DNA from: Craspedostauros australis
Taxonomy: Eukaryota
Direction: 5' to 3'
NCBI GenBank assembly: GCA_030167865.1
Contig: JALAGF010005680.1
Location: 57,951-77,950 of the forward strand
DNA length: 20,000 nucleotides
The position numbers and the translations under genes are program-made. The notes beneath the pieces were generated by a model that saw nothing but the letters and a program-made list of their open reading frames with translations, ran no database searches and was not told the DNA's origin. This document shows, one piece after another, positions 10,520-20,000 of this stretch (the first letter of the stretch is position 1; each line of letters opens with the position of its first letter).

Positions 10520-12035
10520 TGGTGCTTTGTAGGGACTCCCCCGATTGCACTCGTGCTTCGTGGTGCTCCACGTCATGATGGTATGATGGGTGTCGGTTAT
10601 CGGAGGCATGAACAGCTGGGCAACATCGCGTTATCTCTCCAGAGCAGTATTGTACAGCCTAATATATCATATAATATCATATAATGCAATACATCACATC
10701 ACGCCCTACCACTGAACACTTTGAACATGAGCATGGTTGTAGTTGCACCAAATATGTGTATTCCTGTGTCTCGGTGCTCTCATGAGGACAGAGTCCCGCG
10801 TGGAGTCTGCAGGATTAATAGTCGATTGGCAGAAAGATGAGACACAACACGTATGAAAGCATCATTGGATCGTAGTCGTACCACAGCATGGGTTCCGCAA
10901 GGAATCATCAATTGATGCAACGTGGGGTACCGCAGAGGTCGTTGTATGACTTGCAACGATTGCTGCGCTTGCGGACGCATGTTCCGAATACCCCAACAAC
11001 AGCAGTAGAAAACGGGTCCGAGTGCAGCGGCGAGAATCAATGTTTGGCCACGGTCATCAGTCCACTCCGACAGCATCCGCCTCTCTCTTGCGGAGCACCT
11101 GGTTTGCTCTCTCGTCGTCCCAAAATGATGAAAAGCGATCCATCCGTCGCCACCATCCACCCCGCTGGGGCAAACAAAAACGTGAACAGAGTGATAGACT
11201 CATTTGATCATACGTTGCTCATGCCCGAAGCCTGGTAGCTCAGATGCAACAATACACGGCTGTCCTGTGTGGTATTGTACATACCATGCATACGCTTGAT
11301 CGTGGTTTGGAGGAACAATTTGTTGCGGTTCTGTTGGTGGGATGGATTGGTTGCTTCCGACGCTTCACGCCGCCTTCTCCGTTCTTTCCAGATCATTTCC
11401 TGGCACACGTCACTGAACGACGCCTCCCTCGTGACGTGATGGTTTGCGATGGTGTCTGTGTTGTTACTTGTGCTTGTGCGTACATTGCTCTCACTCACCT
11501 CGGGGTCACCCGCACCAATCACATCTTGAAGAACAAATCTTCCTTTGCCCACCAAGACCAGGAACAAAGCTAAATTGTTCGACGGACCGTGTTTCTTCAG
11601 GAAGGTGATAGCTAAATAGTTCAATTATGAGCGAACTGCAAGGAGAGGCTGGCGACAGGCGCAGATGGCAAATGTCAATTTGTCAACAACGTCGACAGCG
11701 ATCCGTGGTTGGCTTATCCTCAAACAGTGTGCTGTCACGGTTATTCCTGCACAGTACTCGTACTTCTCGTCGTCGTTGCTCTTGTGAATGCGTTGCTTGG
11801 CGGAGAAACGTGGCGAACACGCGGAGATACGCTGTACAGCGCTACACTGCTTCCTGTACGAGCAGTAAGACAAACACAAACGAAAACGCAAAAATGGGAG
11901 AGGCAACGCACACCCCAAACCGCAAAAACACGCACAAATTGGCGACGAAGGCGACGCAAGGCGGTCCTCGTGCCTTGTCTGTGTGCCTCCTCGCTCGTCT
12001 CGGCGCCATCGTGGAAGTTCATTTCGTTGTGCATC

Positions 12036-12128
12036 CAACAACAACAACAACTTCAAGAGTGCCACAATTTCGTCACCTCCTTCATCAACAACAGCGGCAA
12101 TAGCAATAACAATAATAACAATAACAAC
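12036..12128. repeat. Imperfect (AAC/AAT)n microsatellite tracts upstream of the 12189 gene
   Basis: CAACAACAACAACAAC at 12036-12051 and AACAACAGCGGCAATAGCAATAACAATAATAACAATAACAAC further downstream. Confidence 0.75.
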
Positions 12129-12188
12129 AGCACATAGTGCAACACACTGATACATTAACACAATACGACACATTATATTTCTCGAAAC

Positions 12189-13089
12189 ATGATAGAAGTC
12201 CCGCTATCGATAGTGGCATGGTTCAGCGTGGTTGCCGTCCAAGCGATTGTGCACTTCGTCGTCTTGGGCTCCAGAAGGCAGCGCAAGCAACACCAGCACG
12301 AAGATCTGAATGAGGCCGCCCTCTTCCTGGATGACATGCAGATACGGGACAAGAGAGAGTTCCGCCAGGACAGCAGCTACGATCTGGATGAAGCGGACGC
12401 AGCTTCTTCTGGTCTCAGCGACGCCTACCGCGGCATCGCCTCCTCCTGTCCGGATCTGTCCTTCGCTGGCATGGAGGACTTCAGCATCCGCAGCGGCAGC
12501 AGCGCCCACCAACGATCCTCCACTTGCAGCTGCAGCGACATCGTCGACGAGCTCGATGGAGACGAACCGCAGAACTTCCTGGAGCTGCTCGATCAGACGG
12601 GCGAAGAGATGGTCCAGGTAAGCAGACACACACGCACAACTGCCGCATCATGTGCTGTCGTCATCACATCAGCATCACCAGTTGCTGTTACGCGATGCGC
12701 CCATCACGTCCACGCTTTCCAACCAATCTCTAACCCGACATCACGCCTCCGCCTCACTCTACACTCGCGTTCGATATTGCTTCTGGTTGTCTCTTCGGCA
12801 TTGGTCTTGGGTTCTTGTTCCTTCGTCGCCGCATGGCTGCGCCTGTCTCCAACGAAATCCTTTGACTTCCAATTCGCCTCCTCTCAAACACGAACATGCA
12901 CGAATGAATGAAACGGATTGATGAATGGACGCTTGCTCAATCTTGTGTGTATTGGTACGGAACCACATCCAACCTTACAACATTCATCGGCCATTGGAAT
13001 GAACCACTTATTATCCCATGCAACAACAATCGCAGAACCTATCTGTGGAAAACATCGCAAAAGAGCAGATCGGATCGATCGAGCAATGA
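12189..13089 (+). CDS. Hypothetical protein with N-terminal transmembrane anchor and acidic/Ser-rich tail (about 160 aa)
   Basis: Exon 1 is 12189-12617, GC-rich with coding-like codon use, and ends CAG|GTAAGC. The tentative phase-0 terminal exon is 13036-13089 (after ATCGCAG; NLSVENIAKEQIGSIEQ*). Hydrophobic stretch LSIVAWFSVVAVQAIVHFVVL is followed by basic RRQRK. Exon 2 is uncertain. Confidence 0.55.
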
Positions 13090-13908
13090 GCCGTGCATCT
13101 TCCATCTCCGAAACACGTTCTCGCCGTCCGCGTACCATCAGATGGCGCGAACGCAAGTCTGACGGCACAGCCGAGCCAATAGTTGAGAGGTTAACAGGCG
13201 CATGCCGCAACCCTTGGCTCGGAACAACCCAAACACAAGGAAAGAAGAGCCTCGCAGAAGCATCAATGCCACATGACGCAACGCAATGCCAAACTGCACA
13301 GCCAAGGTGGCTTCGTGTGCAGGTTCGTTCAGATGTCAACGAACCAACAACCACACCAATGAATGAATGAAGGTATCGACGAGGACGCGCAAGGCGGCAT
13401 CCCCTCGATCGTCCTTTGTTCAAACTTCCATTAGACAAGTGTCGAATGAACACGCTCGCCATCAAGACAACATCAACTCCGCAAAGTCTTCACCAAGAGC
13501 AATTGTCCCATGCCCCCAACATCAAAAGGCAACAAGGACAACAACAACAACAGTGGCACACCCAGCCACATCACGTCATCCCATCCCCCCATCTCCGCCA
13601 CCATGAACGTCGCGTGCTTTATCAGCAACGCGTATGCAAAATACCACGACGAAGGTCGCCGGCGGCGATATTGCTACAAACTGTACACTACACGTATCCA
13701 TCCATGCATGCACCCATCCATTTATCTATCTATGAACACAGCACGATTTGTTGTATATTAGTCTACTCTAGTCATATCTGTAATCACTCTCTCTCCACTA
13801 TCCGTCTTACGTTTCGAACATCGCGTCTGTGTGTGTGTGCACCTGCACGAGCTTGTCATCGACACCATCTTCAACCTTTCATCTTGACGATGGACCAAAG
13901 CTTCCTCT

Positions 13909-14955
13909 CTACAGCTTCACAAGCCTCGTGATTTTGTATATCCTCGCCCGTTTGCGATCTTCCTCCGCCACATCCTTCGCTTCCAGATGACTGCTTGGGA
14001 TCTCTTCCAAATGGAGTCCAGCAACGTCTTTCACGTACGCCTGCACTCGCTCCTGATCCACACCAGCTCTCGGAATATGACACAGATACAGCACTCCATC
14101 CGGCCGCAGGAACCGGTCCACGCTCTCAAAGAAGATGGGCAGCAGCGTCTCCTTGTACAGCACGTCCCCCGCAACAATGTACTCGAATAATTCCACCTTC
14201 CCGAACTGCGTCGCATACCATTCCTCGAACGTCACTGCATTCTCCTTGCCCCACAGCAGCTTGCGTGCCCGCGTCGTCGGCGTGTCGATTGCGTTGTGCT
14301 CAAAGTTCTGCCGCAACAAGGTGATGGCCAGATCATCGCCGTCCGTGAGCACGATCCGCGTTGGTTCCGCTGCTGTCGTCATTTTGGAGATCGCCATTCC
14401 CAGCAATCCTGTGCCGCAACCGAGTTCAAGGATGCTAATGATTCGTCATGACGATGGTGTTTGGGTTATGTTGGTGTGTGCGTGTTTTGTCCCGCGTTGG
14501 TATGCAACAATGTCAGACCCACAAAAGAGAGAGAGAGAGCGCGCGCCATGATGTTAGATGGCGGGACGAAGTTGCCAGCAAGTGCCCAACAGATCATCGA
14601 ATGCAGTGGAGCATCGAATCCAGTGAAGCATCGAATGCTGTGGAGAAAAGTACTCTCGTCGACAGCAAACTCACTTCTTCCCATCCAACACCAATCCATC
14701 ACCGCCATTTCGTTTCGCTTTCTCCATTTCTTCATGCAGATAGTTGGCCAGCAGCATGCTGCCGCACCACACCTGACGACCGCTGATTTCCTGATTTTGC
14801 GTGTGCAACTTGGACATGTACTCCAACGGTGGTGGCACCACCGACATCACCTCCAATTCGATGGCATGGTTGGCAATGGAGAACTGCTCCGGTTCGTATT
14901 CGGGCTCGTACTCCGACGAGGAACAGGATTGATGATCGTTGTCATCGTGCGTCAT
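13909..14955 (-). CDS. Seven-beta-strand protein-lysine methyltransferase, Methyltransf_16 (METTL21-like) family, about 268 aa, 2 exons
   Basis: Exon 1 is 14955-14675 (ends AA|GTGAGT) and exon 2 is 14434-13909 (after CATTAG). Spliced motifs: SGRQVWCGSMLLANY, GKNILELGCGTGLLG (motif I), VLTDGD, LLWG and IVAGDVLY (the family's DxxY motif). Confidence 0.9.
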
Positions 14956-15430
14956 TGTCGCTTCTCTTGTGCTGTTGCGAGGAACGTGATCGACGCGAGA
15001 GTGAGGTGGAGTGATCGCAAGAACACCAGCAAGACTCTGCAGAGTACCAGTCGAAAAGTATGAACATGAACACTGCCTCCGACGAACTCCGCCCGCATCT
15101 CTTTTTGTTCTGGCTGATGCCGACACCCACAAATCGATGATGGATGATGGATGATGGATGATGGGTGTTTTTGCCAAACGTGGTTGACGCGCAGACGTCC
15201 AGACCTGCCACCACAACGAAACAACACAAAAATGACCAACCAATCCACACAAACATGCACACGATCCATCACATCGAAATTCACATCGAAGGTGACCATC
15301 CACAACGCAGATCTCACAGACCTCACAGACCTCATTCGACTGTGGAATACAAGTGGGAACGAATCCCATTCTATCAGAGCACCATTAACGTTGTTCATCC
15401 AACTATAACACAGATCGCTACACATACACG
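14956..15430. promoter_or_regulatory. Probable bidirectional promoter between the lysine methyltransferase and TRM6
   Basis: 475 bp separate the divergent ATGs. The region contains short tandem repeats. Confidence 0.55.
15136..15163. repeat. (GATGATG)4 perfect tandem repeat
   Basis: Read directly from the sequence. Confidence 0.9.
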
Positions 15431-17332
15431 ATGGAAGAACCGGCCCCCCAAGCAACAGCAGCAGCAGTAAAGGCAAACGCTGGAGCCGCCGCAGATCAGA
15501 TGGATGTGGAGATGGAAGAACAGCAGCAGACAGCAAACAGTGTGAACATTAGCGATGCAGAAGATCAGATGGATCCACTGCGCTGTGGACGTCCCGACGT
15601 CGTGCGGGAGGGCGATTTCGTGATCCTCGTCTTTTCGGATGGCCGTCGCACGTTCGCGCAGTGCCTCAAGCATTGGAAGGGCAAGACGGCGCCGATGAAG
15701 ATCAGCAAGCGATCGTATTCCACCCACGCTCTCATCGGTTTGCCGTACGGTACCGTGCTCGAGCTTGGCCACCACACCCTCAAAGTTCTGTCGGAGGGGG
15801 AGGGGTTGATTCCAGAATATCGTTCTTCCGCAGCGGCGGGGGCAGCAGATGCATCGGCAGCAACCAAAGAGGCAGGCGACAGAAGCAATGGACACAACAA
15901 CAACAACAGCAACAACGATAACAACGCATTGGAAGATGATGAAGCTCGAGCAGATGACAGCACATTCCCCAAACCATCGCCAACGACAGGGACGACGACC
16001 ACCACGACAACGGCAGAATCTGCGAACCAATTGAAGGACAACAGAAACCTGGTGGATAACAACCAGGCACAGACGCTGTGCCAGCAATCCTTGAAGAAGC
16101 TTCGAGAAGCTGGTGCGGAAGGTTCCGAGATCGTTAGCGCGTTGATCGAGAGCTCCTCCACCTTCCAAGGCAAGACGGAATTCAGCAAGGCCAAGTACAT
16201 CGTCAAGAAGCAGCTCAAGTACCAGCAGCGCTGCCGCATCGTGCGATGCACAGCCGCGACCGTCTGCGAGACCTACTTCATGAAGAATCCACGTGTCCTC
16301 ATGAATATGCGAGAAGATTCCTTGGGTCAAATTCTCAGCTATTCCAACGTCAGCGCGGGTTGCCAGTGCCTGGTCTTCGATACCGTCATGGGTGTCGTTG
16401 CGTGCGCCTTGGCGCAGCGCATGGGCGGCTACGGACGCATCCTGTCCATCTACACGGGTCAGCAACCGCCCTTCAATGAACTGGCGCAGCGTTTCAATCT
16501 CTCCTTCGCAGAAGCCAATTCCGTTCGTTTCGTGCACGCCAGCGATGCTTTCAACGATGACAAGAATCCTTATGGTGGAGATGACGACCACGCAATCGAA
16601 AGAGAAGAAGCAAAATCTGCAGCAACCACAGACGCAATGGAACCAGAAACAGAGATCGACGCTGAGAAAGAAGACCGCGAACGCCTCGACTGGCCTTGTC
16701 CATTGCAAGAGCACACGCGCAACTACATCCTCAACGAGATGCCCAAGGAAAAGAGCCGCGACGAATTCCTCTACAAACGCTGCGCACGCTTCGTCCGCAA
16801 ACTGACACGATATTCGCCGCTGGAATCCTGCGAAGGGCTCAGATCGCGCCCTTGTGACTCCCTCGTCATCGTCACGCGCTTCGAACCAACATCGACCTTG
16901 CTCGATCTTCTCAAGTATCTGTCCCCGTCTTCGCCCTTCGTCATTTACTGCGAGTACATCGAACCGTTGACGGATTGCTTCCGCGCGTTGCAAAAACAAT
17001 CGCTGGCAATCAACATCCGGCTGATGGACACCTGGATGCGTGAGTACCAGATGCTGCCTGGCCGGACGCATCCCAGCATGAACATGAGCCAGAGTGGTGG
17101 CTTCATCTTGACTGGAATCAAGTTGTGTCCCAAAACAGGACACAACGACCTCGATGCGGAGGTGCTGAAAGAGCTACGGTCCACCATCGGCGGTCGTAGA
17201 GGCCGAGCGAACGGCGGTAAGCGGCCGAAGAAGGTCGATGATGCAAGAAAGCAGTCGTCATCGAAACGACGGGGACCGGATGGCGACAGCGCAGGAGGCA
17301 AAACGAATGAAAGCAAACGTTCCAAGACGTAG
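15431..17332 (+). CDS. TRM6: tRNA (adenine-58-N1)-methyltransferase non-catalytic subunit TRM6/GCD10
   Basis: Intronless 633-aa ORF with Gcd10 hallmarks LIGLPYG, DNRNLVDNNQAQTL, FQGKTEFSKAKYIVKKQLKY, MREDSLGQILSYSNV and WMREYQMLPGRTHPSMNMSQSGGFILTG. Basic NLS-like C-terminus. Confidence 0.95.
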   Translation: MEEPAPQATAAAVKANAGAAADQMDVEMEEQQQTANSVNISDAEDQMDPLRCGRPDVVREGDFVILVFSDGRRTFAQCLKHWKGKTAPMKISKRSYSTHALIGLPYGTVLELGHHTLKVLSEGEGLIPEYRSSAAAGAADASAATKEAGDRSNGHNNNNSNNDNNALEDDEARADDSTFPKPSPTTGTTTTTTTAESANQLKDNRNLVDNNQAQTLCQQSLKKLREAGAEGSEIVSALIESSSTFQGKTEFSKAKYIVKKQLKYQQRCRIVRCTAATVCETYFMKNPRVLMNMREDSLGQILSYSNVSAGCQCLVFDTVMGVVACALAQRMGGYGRILSIYTGQQPPFNELAQRFNLSFAEANSVRFVHASDAFNDDKNPYGGDDDHAIEREEAKSAATTDAMEPETEIDAEKEDRERLDWPCPLQEHTRNYILNEMPKEKSRDEFLYKRCARFVRKLTRYSPLESCEGLRSRPCDSLVIVTRFEPTSTLLDLLKYLSPSSPFVIYCEYIEPLTDCFRALQKQSLAINIRLMDTWMREYQMLPGRTHPSMNMSQSGGFILTGIKLCPKTGHNDLDAEVLKELRSTIGGRRGRANGGKRPKKVDDARKQSSSKRRGPDGDSAGGKTNESKRSKT

Positions 17333-17799
17333 GCAGGAGAAGTCGTACTCGTGCAAGTAGAGCAATGGATTTTCGAAGAGCACGCTGGAAGTATCATGCA
17401 CGTTGTTAAGATCATCGATTGCAACTATAAACACCCTATTCAACCATTCTCCAGTTAGGAATGTCGTCGTCTTGTGTGGTTGCTGTCGTTGTTGTCGTTG
17501 TTGTCGTCGTGATGGTGCTGAGCAGGGCTGTGCCTGTTCCTGTGCCCTGTTTTGTTCTACACTCGAACAGCTACCATCCCATCTGCCGCGCATGACATGT
17601 CCGACTCAATTCCATTCTTTCCATCGGAAGAACGTCCGATGACGTATCTTGCGTTGCACCGCTGAGCAGAACACAAATTCAACAACAAACAACAGATCCA
17701 AATCCAATCTGGAGAGCAGACGACAGAGGATCCGCACACGCTCTGCTTCACGCACAGGTCATACATCGTACTCATACAATAGACGATCCTACATCCACC

Positions 17800-18687
17800 A
17801 TGATGAACAAGCAGATCCTTATCGTCCTCGGTTGCCTCTTGGCACCAGCCGCCGCATTCCTCGCGAGTGGCAACACCAACTTCGTCCAGAAGGCATTCAT
17901 CTCAACGACCTCGACATCTTTGAACATCGGACCGTTGCAAAAGTTGACCAACAAGAAAGAGTACGAGGCCACCGTCAACAACCTCATGAAGACCAAGGGG
18001 TACACACGTGAGCAGGCCGAGAAGGAGTACAACCAATTCTTGGAGAATCCCAACAATTACGCTCTGGAGAAGGTACGGGATGGAATATCACACCGTGTCG
18101 TGACGCGCAGTGTGTTGAATTGTGCGACGCACCAGCGTTGCTCTACTTTGGTGGTTGCTCGAATGACGTTGATGAGAGCATCCATGCGATCGATGCAAGG
18201 GCGGTTAACTTTGCTCTCTCTTCCAATGAACGTCAATGTTGTTGTTGTTGCTGCTGCTGCTGGCAACGCCATCTGGTACTATCCAAACAAATGAAGCTCA
18301 CCACAAGAGCATCTCCCTTTCCCTAATGCCACCATTCCAATCAACCACCTGGTCCCCCATTATTGACTGGCTCAATGATACACCGTTCATGACAACCATG
18401 ACGGCAACAAACTGCTTTGGTCATACAAACGAAACTCCCTGGCAAAACACCATGGATAATGTCATCAGGGCGAGGCGTACTACAAGTCGCTAGGATACAA
18501 GACGCTGATGGAAGGTGTCATTGGTGAAGCTGAGAAGGAAGGCAAAGGTGACGAAGTCAAGCAGCGTATCGAAGAGTTCCAGAAGCAATCCAAGCTCAAG
18601 GGATTGGCAACCATCTCCTTCTTCATCATTCTTGCATTCTGGTTCAAGATCACCTACGTTCCAGATCCAGTCGTTGGAGGCATGTAG
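17800..18687 (+). CDS. Uncharacterised plastid-targeted protein with C-terminal transmembrane helix (about 163 aa, 2 exons)
   Basis: Exon 1 is 17800-18072 (AAG|GTACGG) and exon 2 is 18469-18687 (after CATCAG), phase 0. Signal peptide MMNKQILIVLGCLLAPAAA-F plus a Ser/Thr-rich transit peptide ending STTSTSLN. C-terminus ...SKLKGLATISFFIILAFWFKITYVPDPVVGGM*. Strong C/G third-position bias. Confidence 0.85.
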
Positions 18688-19432
18688 AGTGTTTCAATTT
18701 TCGGCAACGGCGACGGTTCCAACAGTTTCAGGGACAGCTGCATGACGGTAGATCATCTCAAGATGTCTGTGACATGAACGAAAGCTCGGATACAACCTGA
18801 AAGATGCCACAATGCACAGGTCGACAGGCACATTCGCGTGCAAGGCAAACAACACCTGTTCGCAAGATCCCAAAGGCAAATACTTGTACTGACACAAACA
18901 AAGGAACTGCCGAGACTCTGCCATGTACCGGGGGAGAGTAGCGTTGCTACATTCGGCCGCAGTGATTCGGAAGGGATAATGCCACCCGATCATACATAAT
19001 CGCAACGGAAGCTATAGTCAGCCTGGATATGGCATCAACCCTTCAGTTTAGCCCGCGAAGAGAGCCATGTCTCTCTCATCCACAGCGATCATATTTTCAA
19101 CAGCTCTGTGGTGCACATACTCGTCCTCCATGGCATAGTGCGAGCAGGTGACTCCACCGATGTTCAAAGAGCTCTGATCTCCAGAGCGCGCTGTTGCGTC
19201 AATCGAACAAGGTGACGGCTCATGAGACGATGCTCCTCTTCTCGTTGTTGCTCTTGCCGCCAGAGAGTGCCGCCATTGACGATGGGTCTGATGGAGAGGT
19301 GGACCAAAAATGAATGGGGTGGAACCTGTGGTACCATACAAATACGAACTGATCGCTCCAATGGACAAAGCGTACGTTCTGGCGGAGCGGACTACAACAG
19401 CAACATCTCCACAGGGTACGATGTCGTCGAGC

Positions 19433-19436
19433 AAAA
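19433..19436 (-). terminator. Pol III oligo-T terminator of tRNA-Ala
   Basis: TTTT lies 2 nt downstream of the discriminator base on the minus strand. Confidence 0.6.
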
Positions 19437-19438
19437 GG

Positions 19439-19511
19439 TGGACATTGCCGGAATCGAACCGGCGACCTTATGCATGCTAAGCATACGCGCTGCCAACTGC
19501 GCCAAACGCCC
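19439..19511 (-). tRNA. tRNA-Ala (anticodon AGC), intronless, 73 nt
   Basis: GGGCGTT-TG-GCGC-AGTTGGCA-GCGC-G-TATGC-TT AGC AT-GCATA-AGGTC-GCCGG-TTCGATT-CCGGC-AATGTCC-A folds into a full cloverleaf. It has the G3:U70 alanine identity pair and discriminator A73, and CCA is not encoded. Confidence 0.97.
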
Positions 19512-20000
19512 CCACTTCTGTGGTTGTACTTTTGCTGGCGGCAATTTGCAAAACTGACTTTATAAATGCTACACGTGCGCCATTGACCATGTTCCCCAGT
19601 GGCCAAGGCACGAGCAGCATGGGAGGACACAAGCAATCCACCAAAGCCCTCTTGGCGACACTTGATGACACACTGCTTTGGTGGATCATGGAAATGCGTG
19701 TTGTACAGGAACGAAGCATGAACAATGATGGGAGCAGTTCAAGGCCATCCAGAGAGCAATAGCTCGTTGACCACTCCGACCTGGTGATGAATGATGTCTC
19801 CTCGAGTGACACGAGCTAGTGTGTGCTGCTCTAGGGTATTATACGTCACAAGTGCATGTTATCAGTATGTACTGACATGCACAATTGCTCTAGTATGGTA
19901 TGAGAATGATAACAGGATGAGAAGAGCATGGCAAGAGCATGGCAACGTACACAAGTACTCTGTCATATGACTACTCTTGTTGGCAAGTTCCATGGACGGA

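Noticed and set aside
11625..12173. Overlapping 97-182 aa ORFs on both strands
   Set aside because: They are driven by AAC/AAT microsatellites and CA-rich leader sequence, with no coding-like bias.
15395..17143. 582-aa antisense ORF overlapping TRM6
   Set aside because: It lies almost entirely antisense to TRM6 in codon register, has no recognisable motifs, and is explained by the codon bias of the sense gene.
19048..19434. Possible tRNA-linked snoRNA or SINE body, short inverted repeats, and a 128-aa ORF downstream of tRNA-Ala
   Set aside because: The tRNA is intact and followed by TTTT. There are no C/D boxes, tail or target-site duplication, the inverted repeats are only 5-7 bp, and the ORF has no recognisable features.
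1..20000. CRISPR array, prophage, operon or defence system
   Set aside because: No regularly spaced repeats or prokaryotic gene organisation. The window is intron-containing eukaryotic housekeeping sequence.

Overview
Eukaryotic nuclear DNA, most likely a diatom or related photosynthetic stramenopile. The evidence is GT-AG spliceosomal introns, two proteins with signal peptide + 'AF' bipartite plastid-targeting presequences, and CA-rich leaders. Manual splicing gives, in order: mitochondrial porin VDAC (-, 3' end runs off the window, 1148-bp first intron); a plastid-targeted METTL7-like SAM methyltransferase (+); an orphan 115-aa protein built of 25-residue repeats (-); a 4-exon HMG-box protein with a G/P/Y/M-rich low-complexity tail (+); 5-exon ATG101 (+); a small N-terminally anchored unknown protein (+); a METTL21/Methyltransf_16-type lysine methyltransferase (-) head-to-head with TRM6/GCD10 (+); an unknown plastid-targeted protein with a C-terminal membrane helix (+); and tRNA-Ala(AGC) (-). 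I see no mobile element, CRISPR array or multi-gene novel system. Most ORFs in the supplied track are shadow or intronic ORFs. The most novel-looking items are the 25-residue-periodic orphan protein, the altered WF finger of ATG101, the twin-arginine-like segment of the plastid methyltransferase and the uncharacterised plastid membrane protein.
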